DNA of 64,000 nt from Selaginella moellendorffii. Taxonomy: Eukaryota; Plantae; Lycopodiophyta. The first letter of the stretch is position 1, and each line of letters begins with the position of its first letter. The translations under genes were made by a program, and so were the position numbers. Where the stretch lies: the NCBI RefSeq assembly GCF_000143415.4, contig NW_003314365.1, positions 62,001 to 126,000 of the forward strand, written 5' to 3'. Below, in pieces: positions 35,556-48,041 of this stretch. Below the pieces are notes generated by a model, which saw only the letters and a list, made by a program, of their open reading frames with translations, was not told where the DNA came from and did no database searches.

Positions 35556-36214
35556 GTGCAAGGTTCCATGGCCGTTTGCGACAAGAGAAATGCTGGTCAC
35601 GTCTTTCGAACTGGAGCTACCTGAATTGGATGCCGTGGTTGGCTGCTTGCGAACAGTTAAGCTATCAATCACTGTGCCTCTTTTGTTATTTTATTCACTC
35701 CAATGGTGGTGATTTGCCAGGTCCCCCAGGAAGCAGAGACTATCGTCAAGGAGACCATCCATGGTTTTAATGCTTCTCATTTGCCTCCTCCAAAAGAGGG
35801 CGTCATTCGCATGGAAGCCAACGGTGGATTCATCCTCCAGAAGATTAGCGACGAGAAATGCTACATAAGGTACGCTATTAGTTTTTTTTTTTTTTTTGTT
35901 TTCTTCTTAAGATAGTCACTACTACTTTTACAGAGCAGTAATACACCTGGACCTTAAGCTCGACCTTGTTCCGACATGGGTGATTAACTTCCTTGGGCGT
36001 CAAGTTGTGGGACACGGCTTCAGGCTATACCTCAAGGTATATTTCTTTCCTTTTGGGGTGAAAAATGTCTAAACTTTGTGTGTTACAACAGACTGTTTCT
36101 TCTGTTAAAGAGAGCAAAGTGTTTCAAGAATGCATCAGGCAACAGCCACTCTACAGCCGCATAACGTTACAGATGCTACCAAAATCGAGCCACGAAAATG
36201 GATACAAGAGTTGA
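35556..36214 (+). pseudogene. START-like 3' exons (spacer C)
   Basis: Colinear copy of 15378-16036. Confidence 0.8.
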
Positions 36215-38627
36215 GGTGCTTTTCATAGGAACTATTCATAAGCTTCCTGCACAAGAGCATTTACATTTATAAACAATTTATAAACAAAGAGGAGCTTGAG
36301 GCCCACCGATACTCCTGAAAAGTCCGAACTTATTCATGAGACATATGCAAGGTGGGTTTTATAAGATTTCTGTTGTTTTGCATGTCTAGAAAAATCTGCT
36401 GCAGTCAAGCTCAAGAAAGAAACCATTCTCTTCTCGATGGAATGAAACTCTCACTTGCTCCATGCTCTGGCGAGGCCATGGCAAACAAAATGGGTGCACT
36501 CTTCGTCTCAATCTGACAAGCAGCTGATGCAAAGGCTACTTTTGAGAAACAAAGCGTAAGTATGCTGCAACAAGAACCAGCAACAGCCGTTTAAGGTATT
36601 GTCGTGGAAGATGGCTTGCCTAAGCTCGAGTTTGATTTGATCCCGGCACCATGGTCCCGGGAATCTATTCTTCACTTGGTTGTCAAAGCTTGGAGGTCCA
36701 TAGGTTTGGATCCTTTCAAATCCTCGGGGCGTGAGACTCTGGAGCTCCAAGTTTTGATGCCTTCTCTTGGCAATAATATAATATATTGCTCTGAAACCGT
36801 GAAAGCTTACTCACCCGCAAACAAAACTCCAGGGTTGCACCAGACATCCAATAAACCTGTGAGAGCCTTGACCAAGCTCAAACTCAATCAGCTCAGAGCA
36901 AGCTTTCTCAAAAGTTTCCAAAGAGCAGATGGCATAACACAAAAAACGTATACCAGGTCACCAACTCATCTCATCACAAGTTGCGTTGTGGTCACTCCAC
37001 GCCTTGGATGTTGATGAACTACAGGCCTCCATTTTATCTTGGAAAATGCTCGAGGCCAAAGGGTGGCGAAGATGAGGAATGAAGCGATCTGGACTGGACA
37101 AGAGTATAAGCAAAATGAGCACGAGAAGAACCACACATACCGCGGAAAAGCAGTGCTTGTGCTTGTGAGCCTAGTTTGAAGATGTCCGAGACTGAGAAGA
37201 AAGACCATGCTGCTCGACTCATAGAGCACGCCCGGCAGCAGCACACCGCCCGGGTAAAGAGCCCCCTGGATCGAAAATGTGCAGCAGTAGCGTATAATGG
37301 CAATGGCGGTGGTTTTCCATGGCATCGTTCTTGAGCCTTGACGAGGAGGTGCCATCCAGCGAAGATTTGCAGGAAGGAGGAGCGATCTCGAGCGGTGGGC
37401 GCCTGGGCGAGAATGCGGTGAGCACAGATCTGGGAGGGGGAAGGCGCATCCACGAGGAAAATCGTCTCCAGCGGCCTCGAGGTTCCTTGCTAATCTGGTC
37501 ATAGAAAGGTATGGAAAGTGCGGGCGCTGGAAATCTTCCAGAAGATGAAAGATCGAGGTTCTTTCTCGTGGAAGATTGCGATCGCGGCATTTGCCCTTGT
37601 TACTCTTTTTCGAGCATCCAGTTATTTCCCTTGGCAGCTATCAATGCCGATCCGCGCGCTAATCATCGCCGCGTTACGGTGCTCCGTTGGCGAGCATGCC
37701 ATCGCCGAGATCTTCTTCTGCCAAGAACTGGACAGACACTTGCATCGGGTGGAACCAGGGCATTGCCGTGTGAGCTCGAGACTGGCATCCCAGCCTGATC
37801 GGCGCCACATCCCAATCGAATCGCCGCCCCAAGCTCCAATTACTACAACGACAAGCCAAAGATGGTGACGGTGTTATTGTCTCAGCTCCAGGATTGCGAG
37901 GAGATCAGACAGCAGGGGTATGGCGTCCTCCAAAGGCCGTGGTTGATTTACCCTCCAGCAGTAGTCTTTCAACCAGGCCTGGAGCGGGGCCTTCTGCCAA
38001 CTTAAGTCGAGGTTCCTGGTGTTTCTCACCTGGATCTCTGCCACATCGCCATTGATAGCTGCAAGAATTCGATCGACGAGCATTTGCTGGGCAAATGCGT
38101 TCCAGAAGAAAACATTTCCATCTTCCATTTTGTGGAGGACACCCAAGGCATCCGCGGCGCGCCCGCACTTTCCATACATTTCCATGACGAAATTCGCAAG
38201 GAATCTATGACGATCAGAGCAGCGTCTCCTCCTCGTCGTCAAGAACAATGCGATGGAACCATTCGTTAACTACAGGTAAGCTTCGTCAAAATAGCAAATG
38301 TCGCAAGGACAGCGATAGCAGAGGTGACGCTGCCACCATTGGGCGACCTGGATAACAATACGCTGCTCTGCACTTTTGCTCGCATTCCAACAAGGAAGTT
38401 CTTCACCCGAGCAGTGCTTGTCTGCTGCGCTTGGCTGGATGATCCGGTCTGGCTCAAACCAAGACAAGCCTTCAAACAATACCTCGCAAAGCAAGCATCA
38501 CAAGCATTGCTTTTGTGATTTAAAGCGGTATGTATATACTCTTGTCCAGATTGCTCAAGAACGCAGAAGAGACTGTCTTGAGCTTCATTCCTCACCTTTG
38601 CCACCTTTCGATTTTCGCCAAGCGATG

Positions 38628-38874
38628 TGAAGAGGTGTGAAAACTCCTCTTCACTGGAAATCTGCTCGATCTCCAAGGGCAGAGAAGAAGCACGAGAAAA
38701 AGAATGCTGTGTATTGATAAGAAAAACGATGGAATGGAGATAGGTATCCACAATTCAGATTCCAGTTCTAATTGCTAGCATATACTATATGCTGTGCATG
38801 ATTTAATCTATGGCTTCGATGCAGCCCTGGGTTCAAAGTTGGAGTCCCTTGAGCCTGGGTTTTTGGTTGATACA
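38628..38874 (-). repeat. 3' LTR of E3 (247 bp, two internal deletions)
   Basis: LTR termini intact; 48 bp shorter than the other LTRs. Confidence 0.93.
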
Positions 38875-39085
38875 CTCTGCTCCCCTGACAGAACTAGACA
38901 CCGTCCTCGGTGCGAACATAGTCAATTTCCATCGCTTGTTGTTGTTGCTGCTCAAGTCGATAGAGGCGATGTTTTTGCTGCGGGAGTGTAAGCTCGTGGT
39001 TAGGGACACTGTCTGGTGGATCTGTCCCATCTTCCTGGAGGTCGGCTACCTCAGCCAGTAGGGCGGTATGATCATCCTCGAGCTT

Positions 39086-39481
39086 TCAGTAGTGGGTGTT
39101 GAGCTTTTCGTATTTGAATTTGTAGGTGAATTTGTGAGCTGCTGATGGGGTTGATGGCTGCTTGGAGACGATCTTCCTGATGTCTTGGAGGTCAGTGCAG
39201 ATCTGCTTCATCTCTTTGAGCTGAGCATCCAGCTGTTGGTTTAAAGGCTCATAGAATTCCTTCTTGATCGCTCCCCGGGTGTATATGAAGGAGTCTTGCT
39301 TGAGAAGATGCTGTGCAATGTCAACTCGTGTTGGGAAGTAGTTTGCTTGCTCGCGGTGCATGCGTTGATCGAGGGCTTCAAACAACTTGCGGGTGTAGTA
39401 GCTTGGGTCACAAAGTTTATCTTCGTACTCCTTCCTGATCTCGTCATAATCATGGCCTACCTGACTCTGTGGCTGAGGCAT
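39086..39481 (-). CDS. Second accessory ORF next to the PPT, coiled-coil-like, unknown function (damaged copies at 18967-19236 and 54667-54894)
   Basis: ATG-initiated 131-aa ORF with protein-like composition; E2 has an in-frame 126-bp deletion, E4 a frameshift. Confidence 0.45.
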   Translation of the reverse strand: MPQPQSQVGHDYDEIRKEYEDKLCDPSYYTRKLFEALDQRMHREQANYFPTRVDIAQHLLKQDSFIYTRGAIKKEFYEPLNQQLDAQLKEMKQICTDLQDIRKIVSKQPSTPSAAHKFTYKFKYEKLNTHY

Positions 39482-40021
39482 AGCTGCTGCTCCTACTCCT
39501 GCTCCATGATCCTGGTGTTTCTCGCTGTGTTCTTGGTCCCGGGAGTTGAGTTTGCTTTGTTGGATATGGGTGACGTGGTCGGGCCAGATTCTTTGAGGTG
39601 GTTGGAGATGAGCTTTTCAGTTTGATGGTGGATGAACGGCCCAGATGTGGCACTGAAATTAATTTATCCATTCGGAAATTTTTCGCTTGGAATTTTGTTG
39701 AAGGGGCGGAATTTTTGTGAATGCTGGTCGTGGTATTTGCTGGAGGAGGCATGGTTGTGTGTTCTTCAAGTGATTGGTGAAGGTAGTCAATGTTTTCTTT
39801 TGTGGAACGTGTTGAGGAGGTCGAGGCGTTGAGAATGTTGTTCTCAGCTGGTGGAGAAATTGAGTTCAGGGCAAGCAGCTGACGTTTCCCTTTGGCGATG
39901 TTGATGTGTTTGTGAGAAATTGTCGGTTTTGGGGCTGATTCGAGTGGATGCAGGCTCTGGGGTGAGTGTGGATGGTGGTGTGAGTTATCTTCATTGTCGC
40001 TGATGATGAGGTGCTCTCAAA

Positions 40022-40828
40022 TCAGCGGTGGCGGCAAAGTGGAGTTGAATTGTTGGAGTGTTTGTTGCTAGAGCTAGTGTTGTTGGAGTGAGTTGAGCCT
40101 GATTGTTGAGATGTTGGCTTCGGTTTCTTGCTGGGAGTTGCTCCTTCTGATTCTGACTGGTCTTTGGAGCTGTCACTTTGTTCTGTGGAGTTCATTTGGG
40201 TTGTCCACGGTTGTTTGTTGGGAAGAGCTTGGTGTAGAGCGATCAGCAGTGGGAATATTACTGTCCGCATGGTCTTTTTGTTGAGTGTGGCAAGGATGGC
40301 GCGGTCGAGAAGCTTGAGAAGGAGCTCATGGAGATGATGAGCCACGTTCACACGTTTGCCGTCAAGTAGAGCTCTGTAGACTTCTACTCTGCACTTGCCA
40401 ATGGTGCGATCTATTGGGCAAAGTTCGTAGTAGAGAAGGAGGGCTTTGAGGCAATCCATATGCTGCTCCTCGATGTCCTCCCATGTGAGTTCACTGGTAA
40501 TTTCTCGATTGGCCTTGATGATTTGCTGTGGAACTTCTCCTGAAAATTTGAGTAGTCCCTTGTTGGAGATTTTGAAAACGGAGGCGATTCTTGCTGGGCT
40601 GAGGGTGATTTCGTTGGTGCCATCGGTTATGGTGCCGTTCTTGGGGTTGAAGGAGGCAGCCAGCTTCCTCGCTAGTTTTTGATCAAGGTGTGTTGAAAAG
40701 GCCTTGTGGAGGAGCTCGAATCTATGGCCCTTGAGCCAGGTGGTTGTGTCATTGCTGGGAAGCCTAGGAATATGGTGTATGACGTATCTGAGGCGTCGGG
40801 GTGGATGAGCTGGCATCTTTCTCTTCAT
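40022..40828 (-). CDS. Extra ORF downstream of integrase (E3 copy, 268 aa)
   Basis: Open-frame paralog of 247-1041. Confidence 0.6.
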   Translation of the reverse strand: MKRKMPAHPPRRLRYVIHHIPRLPSNDTTTWLKGHRFELLHKAFSTHLDQKLARKLAASFNPKNGTITDGTNEITLSPARIASVFKISNKGLLKFSGEVPQQIIKANREITSELTWEDIEEQHMDCLKALLLYYELCPIDRTIGKCRVEVYRALLDGKRVNVAHHLHELLLKLLDRAILATLNKKTMRTVIFPLLIALHQALPNKQPWTTQMNSTEQSDSSKDQSESEGATPSKKPKPTSQQSGSTHSNNTSSSNKHSNNSTPLCRHR

Positions 40829-41234
40829 TTTCTGTGGTCAAAGTGCTCTCCCCGTTAGGGTTCTTGAAACCTGTAACTGTTGGTTGGCTGATTGTGTGGC
40901 ACTCGATTGTTGGTGATGAATGGTAGAGATTTGTTGACGGAATTGATGTGGTTTGATTTGGCTTGATTGCAGATCAATGGTGGATATTGCTGATGAAGTT
41001 AACTCAAGTTCAACTATTGATATTTGCTCAGGTGGCGTTGATCCAACAGTAGCTTGGGACTTAGAGATTTTTGCTGCTGTTTATTGCTGAAGTTGGTGGA
41101 TGAGTTCGTGTTGAGTTGAGTTGAGTTGAGTTGTGTCGAACTGATTTGAGTTAAAGTTTGTCTGCTGGGGTGAGTGTCGATTGTTGGTCTTGGGGTGTTT
41201 GTCAGTTTGGGTCGGAAATTTGCTGAGGTGCTGA

Positions 41235-44200
41235 TGCTGAATATGTCGACGTGATATGGTCGAAGCTTGTTGAGGTTGACGATCTCAATGAAGTCTTCAG
41301 CAAGTGTGCTGACTTTGGCGGTGCCGTTGGGGTATAGTTCAATGATTTTGAAAGGTCCTTGCCATTTGGTGTTGAGTTTTCGGCCAAGTTTGCCGATGGG
41401 TCCTCAGTATCAGAGAACATGATCGTCGACATTGTATTTGGGAATGTTATACCGGGATGCTTGTCAGTCATGCCGAGCTTTTCTCTGTTTTTGGATGGCG
41501 TGAAGTGTCCAGAGGGCGTTGAGTCGGAGTTCGTCGAGATGTTCGAGTTGCTGAAGCCTTTCTCGAACTGCATGTTGCTGTTGCTTTCGCTGTGGCATGT
41601 CGGAGAGGTATTGCTTCGGCCCACTTGGTAGTGTAATCGGTGGTGATGATGATGTACTGATTTCGTTGACGGGTGCTGACTTGGGGTCCGATGAAGTCGA
41701 GTCCCCATTTCTGAAATGGTGCCATTGGGAATGTTGGGTTGAGTTGTTGAGTCTGAGTTTTTTGGCAGTAATCGGTGTTGGTTGACAGTATGTAGTGTCG
41801 GAACTTTTGAAGTGAGTAGATCATGCCAAGAGCTTCTTTCTTGGTGGTGGTGTAATTTCATTCAGCTGGGTTAAGTAGTCAGCTGGCATAGTAGATTGGT
41901 TGATCTCGGTTGTTGTGTTGAATTTGGCTGAGAATTGCACTAGTGACAATGTCGGAAGTGTCGACATGAATGTGGAACTCTTGTGTCCAATTGGGCTTGG
42001 AAAGGATTGATGCTGTTGTTAGTTTGAGTCGGAGATTGTCGAATGCTTGTTGCTGTTCAAATGTCCATGTCCATTGGGCATCTTGCTTCAATCCATTGGT
42101 GAGTGGTTTGGCAATGTGAGGGTACTTGTGGATGAATCGTCGGTGATATCCGACTTTGCCGAGGAAGCGCTGAAGTTCTTTGTCGGGGTTGAGTGCTATG
42201 TCTTTGTTCTCCTCGCACTTGTTGAGGCATTTCTCCAGGCATTCAAGATGTCGATCTTCTGAGCTGAAAACGCTGAAGTTGTCCATGAAGACTCTCATGA
42301 AGTCGGTGAGGTATTCTCGGAAAGTGTTGGTGACGAGCCTTTGGAAGGTGAATGGGGCATTGTAGAGTCCAAAAGGCATTCGTCGGTAAGCATAGGCTCC
42401 CCATGGACTGATGAATGCTGTCTTGTGCTGATCTTCTTCGGCAATATAAATTTGGTTGTAGCCAGAGAAACCATCGAGGAAGGAGTACATCTTGTGTCTG
42501 GCAACTACGTCAAGAACTTCATTGGTAAACGGTATCGGGAAAACATCTTTTTTAGTGGCGTCGTTGAGCTGTTTATAATTGACGCAGATTCGAAGTTTGC
42601 CATTTTTCTTCGGCACAACCACCAATGGTGAAAGCCATATCAGATTCTGAATCGGGTATATGTACTCGACTTGGAGAAGCTTGTCGAGTTCTTTCTTTAC
42701 TTGTTCCATCAGATTCGGATTCATCCGGTAGGCTGCTTGTCTTCTTGGTTTTGAGTATGGAAGAAGGGTGATGGTGTGAAGGCTGAGTTTTGGCGAAATT
42801 CCCTTAAGCTCTCGATAACTCCAAGCGAACAAGTGTTTCTTCTTTTGGAGAAGATTGATGCCTTTGTCTTGAAAACTTGCCGAGATGTCAGTGGCGAGTA
42901 CAATGTAGTGTTTGTTGCCGTCATCGGCATGGCTGAATTTTTTGAGTTTTTGGTCGGCTGGAATTGACGGAATGTAGGCAACTTTGTTGTGGTTGTCAAC
43001 TGTGAATGCCAGTGGCACTTCAAGTTTTGTATCTCGAGTGACTGGATTTTTCAGTGCTGATGTAATCGGGGGTCATTCTCATTGGAAGTCGGCGACAATT
43101 CAGAAGAGGTCAATCTCGGCCAAAGGTTTGAGATCGGGGTAGGCTTTGAGAATTTGTTGTTCTTCATTGTCGTCGAGGCCATCTTCGAGATTATATTCTT
43201 CCAAGTCAATAGGTCGGTTGTGGCTAGACAGTGATTTGGTCGCTTTTGTCAACACAGTTGTCGGTCTGTCTGGTCTGCGAAGGATAAGATTGTCATTGGG
43301 CCAATCTTGATAAACTTGGGTAGTTCGGAGCCAAGGTCAACCGAGGAAAACTGAGTATCCATTGGTCTGCTCTGGTAGTTTGAGGACGACATAGTTGACT
43401 GGTATTTCGACGCCTTGAATGGTGGGGTTGACTTTTTGGATGATGCCTTTGGGTTGAATAGATTGGTGGTTGGCCATTCGGACATTGAAAGGTGCTGGGT
43501 GGACTGGGCCGATGTTGAGTTGTTAAACAAGACCTTCTTCATAATATTAACGCTGGAGCCACCATCAATTATGGCTCCTCGAACAAGGTGTTTGTCGAGT
43601 CGTAGGTCAATTGTCAGAACATCATTGTCACAATCGCCTGGTTGAATCTCGGTTCGAAATGTGTCAACAGCTGTCTGTGTCGAGTTGAGTGTGGGCGAGT
43701 CTGTCAAAGTGTTGGTCTATGCAGATGTTAGATCGGTGAGCTGTTTGGTGAGGTAGGGTGCAATCTTCAGCAGTTGGCCGATGGTGATCTGAATATTTTG
43801 GTTGAGGATAGTCTCTGCTACTTCTTGGATTTTGTCGAAGTTTGCCGAATTGTGTTCTGGTGTCAATGTCGATGTTGGACGATTTGTCTGTCGGTTTTCT
43901 GGTACTGAGTCTTGGCATTGTTGTCGAGCTGGTGATGGTTGAGCTTCATTGTCGGAGTCTAAAATCACTAATTCGGGTGGTTGTAGAGCAAGTTGCCGTT
44001 GTATCTTGGCAGCTAACTTTTGCTTCTTTTCCCATTCCCGGAGTTTTGTTGGGCTCTCAAGGCCTTTCTCTTTACTATCTCCGGAATCTCTATCTGGTTG
44101 TTGTTGTTTTTCTGCTCGAATTTGTGCTCGGGTTTGTACTGCCATGACTTGAGGATCTGAGTCATCATTGTCGGCATAAGGTAGTTCGTCGGTCTCAACC

Positions 44201-45455
44201 ATCCTTGTTGTTGGTGGTTGCTGCTGTTTTTGATCTTGTTGTCGAGGAGGCGGTCGACCAAGTCTCGGCGGACCGCCTTGGTTTTGAAGTCGAGGTTGCC
44301 ATGCTCGGTTGTTACAGTTGCCTTGGTAGCCATGGTCTTGATAACCTTGGCCTTGGTATCTTCGGTTTTAGTATCTTGGGTATTGTTGGTATCCTTGGTT
44401 GTAGTTGTCTCGGTTTGCTGGGTAGTTCTAGTTCGGCGGGTGTTGTTGATCATTGTAGTTGTTGTTGTAGTTGTTGTTGTAATTGTTGTAATTGTTGTAG
44501 CGAGGTTGATCATTCCATTGTCGACTCTGGTGTTGGAAGTTGTTTCTCAGCAGTCTCCAGTTTGTCGGAGGTGGTGGCTGGTAATTGTTGAAGTATTGAT
44601 TTGGATATGGTTTTTGAAATTGCTGTCGGGGATAGTTCGAGACTTGTCAAACTTCTGGAGAATTTCAAAATCTGCAAGTTTTGGCATCATGACCTTCTTT
44701 GGTACAGATCTGGCATTTGGAGATTTGGAGCTTGTAGTCACTTGCCAGATGTCCTTCGTTCTTGCACTTAGTACACCAAATTCTAGATCGAAATTCTTTG
44801 ATGTCGGCCTTGGCTTTTCCCTTGAGCTTGTCGATTGTTTTCTTGAGTTTCCGAAGTTTTGACTTGGTGCTCTCTCCGAGTTCATCTCGGAGTTGTTGTC
44901 CGAACTGCTATCAGAATCTGAGTTATCTGTGTCATCTACTTGTGCTGTCATTCGTCAAGCTTGAACATCTTGATGGGCTCTTGTGAGTTCGAGATAAGTG
45001 GCAACGTTGATGTGCATTGCTGCTTCTCAGAGGGATCGTTGGAGTCCTTGCATGTACCATTGGTAAAGTAATGTTTCGGTGGCACTGTTGCCTCATTTGC
45101 TAGCATGTTGAGTGAAGGTTTGAGTGTAGTTGTTGATGGATTGACCAGACTTCTACTTGAGTTTTTGGATCTTGTGATTGAGTGAGGGAAGACTTGAATT
45201 GGTCTACAAGCTTGAGTGCGAGGTCGTTGAAACTTGTATTTTGAGGAAGCGTTTGAGCCCATTTGTTGGCTCTCTTTCGAAAGGGTACATCAGAAATAGT
45301 ATGGAAGTTCAGTCGTCTGGCTGTTGATTTGGATTGCTTCTCGGAACTGTTCAACATGTTTCTTGGCATCTTCTGACTTCAGACCATGAAATAGTGGATA
45401 AGAGACGTGTCTTCCGATAGGTATGTTGGCGACGGCGGTAGTGACTGCCATTTGC
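41235..45455 (-). pseudogene. gag-pol of E3, fragmented
   Basis: RT/RH ORF 41879-43018; protease 43249-43707; integrase fragment 41468-41824. Confidence 0.93.
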
Positions 45456-47746
45456 TGTTGGTAGTAATGTTGGTATTGTCGAGGTTGTTTTGTCAGGTTG
45501 TCACCATGGAGTCCTAAGGTGATTTGTAGCAAGGGGTTGTCGAGGTCAATAGCAAAGTTGGTGTAAGAAGAAGGTGGTGAATTGTTGTTGTTATTTAGTG
45601 GACTCTTCTCTGTTTTTTCTTCTATGTTGGGACTGTTTTTGGGTGTGTCATTGACGTCGTCGTCAGTGTCGGGTTGCTTGCCGGTGTTGATTTTTGGAAG
45701 ATGGTGCTCAAACTTGTTGTCGACGTATTTGTCAAAGTTATGTTGTCTTGGTTGTGGTTGTTCTTCTAAATTGTCAAAGAGTTCTTCGAATGTATAGTTG
45801 TGTGGTGATTGTGGTTGCTGTGGAAGATTGTTGTCGTCGACGATTGGTTCGTCGATCTCGTTGTTGTTGGATGATTGGAGCTGTTCGGCAGTTCGGTGTG
45901 AGTTGTTGACGTCGAATGCTTGACTATTGGATGATTCAGGTTGTTCATCTTTACTGCTGTTGACTGGGTATATCGGAGTGTGACTGTAATTGGTGAAGTC
46001 AAGTTGTTGTCTCGTCAGAGCGTTGAAGTTGAAAGCGTGTTCGAAAGGTCTTGCTAATAGTGGGCTTCAGTAGATGTTGGAAGCAAATGTGGGATATATT
46101 GGTGTTGTGAATATCAGTCAGTATGGCAAAAATGGTGCTGGTCTGGTGAAGTCTGTGAAGCTGGGCAGGAAACTTGGTCGTTCGTCATCACTGTAGATGG
46201 GGTTGGTGAATGTACCTTTGAAGTGGTTGTATGCTGCTTGAAAAATGTTTTGTTGCTCGGGTGTAGTCTGTGTCGACTGCTCAAATGTTCGGTCGGGCTC
46301 AGGCACTTTGGTGGGTGCCGTCGAGGGTGTTGATTTAGGCTCGGGCACTTTGGTGGGTGCCATTGAGGGTGCTGCCAATGGTGTGTCCGGTGGTGTTGTG
46401 TAGTTGTCGTATTCTTCACAGATGTCCAATACTGGTTTGTTGGAGTTAGCTCGCGGTAATAATTTGTGTCGGATGTAATTCTATCTCTTGGAGGGTCTAA
46501 CAATTTGATTCAACTTCTCTTAGTCTTTCTTTCTCTTTGTTTCTAAATTCTTCAAATCTCTATCTAAACTTCATATAAGCCGTTGTCGGTCTTCTTCCAA
46601 CTTGCTGGATGTTCTTCGTGGTTTTGGATACATGCATTCTTCTACTGGTTGTCGGTGTCAGATTCGTGTCTGCAGTCAATCATGCAGTTCGGGTAGAACT
46701 TCGGGAAGACTGTCGGCAGGCCAATTGTCGATAAAGTTGTTGTGAGGTTGTTATTTCTTTTCTGTGCAAATATTGACGGTGGTGCGTGTTGGGTTGGGTT
46801 GTGTTCAGCCGAGTTGTGTTGGGTCGAGTGTGCTAGTGCAGTATGCAGATTGGTCTTCCACTTGTTGGTGCCGAGATGGAGTTTGATGAAGAGTTTCAGA
46901 TATTTGGGTTTGTCTGGAATGATTTCTTCGATAATGTCGTCGAGTTGTTCGAGTCCGGATTGGGCGATGGCGTGATTGGCGAGAGTTGTTGCAGTGAACG
47001 TGTTGATTTTGAACCGAGTTCGGACTGTTGTTTTGGTGCTGAGCTGCTGACTCTATCGGAGGGGTTGTCGAAAAATTGGTGGTGCGTTGTCAAGTTGTCC
47101 CTCGACAAGTTCTCTGATACCGGGTAATAGAGTGATGGGTTCGTCATTGGTGTAGGTTCTGAGGATGTGCTTTGGTATTTGGAGTGGACGCAGGAATTGG
47201 AATTGTGTCGGAGCACTAGGATTGCTGGGTCGACGACTGCACAGAAGATGAGTTCGTTTCAGCAGTGGTGTCGGTTTGTGTCGAGCGGGCTGGTTGAGGT
47301 CTCGAGCTTGGAGTGGGTGGTCTTGTGCTCAGAGATGGAGTTCGCCAATGAAGCTGTTGAGGGTGTCCGCTGATGAAGGTGCTGGTAGATTGGAGTTTCT
47401 TGTCAAAGAGGGCTGTTGGTGGCCTTTGTTGGTGATTGGACTCGGAGATTGAGAGAGAGAGAGCTTTCAGATTCTGCAAAGATCTCCTCTGAGAAGGGTC
47501 TGCCTCTACTGCTTTGGGCGGCGATCGCTTGGACGCCGTTGATCCATATTGGTGGTGGCATTTGTTTGTTGAATTTGGGCGAATTGGGTGGTGAATTGGG
47601 TAGCAAATTGGGTGGCAAATTGGGTAGCGAATTTTGGCGAGTTGGGTAGATTGCTTGATTGTTCTTGCTATCTGCACACAAAGAATGGAGAAAGAATTGA
47701 AGAATTTCTGAACCTAAAGGGGAATTCAAAAGCCGTGGTTGCCAAA

Positions 47747-48041
47747 TGAAGAGGTGTGAAAACTCCTCTTGGCTGGAAATCTATTGTTAGTAAGAAAACA
47801 AAAGAGAAAAAAGCCCAATCTCCAAGGGCAGAGAAGAAGCACGAATAAAAGAATGCTATGTATTAATAAGAAAAATGATGGAATGGAGATAGGGATTCAC
47901 AATTCGGATTCCCCCTTTTGAAAGGCTAGCGGTTCTAACTGCTAGCATATACTATATGCTGTGCATGATTTAATCTATGGCTCCGATGCAGCCCTAGGTT
48001 CAAAGTCGGAGTCCCCTGAGCCTGGGTTTTTGGATAATACA
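47747..48041 (-). repeat. 5' LTR of E3 (295 bp)
   Basis: Same LTR sequence with adjacent PBS. Confidence 0.95.

Larger units (their letters stand above)
38628..48041 (-). mobile_element. Ty3/Gypsy LTR retrotransposon copy E3 (9414 bp), defective
   Basis: LTRs 38628-38874 and 47747-48041; perfect TSD CGATG at 38623-38627 and 48042-48046. Confidence 0.96.
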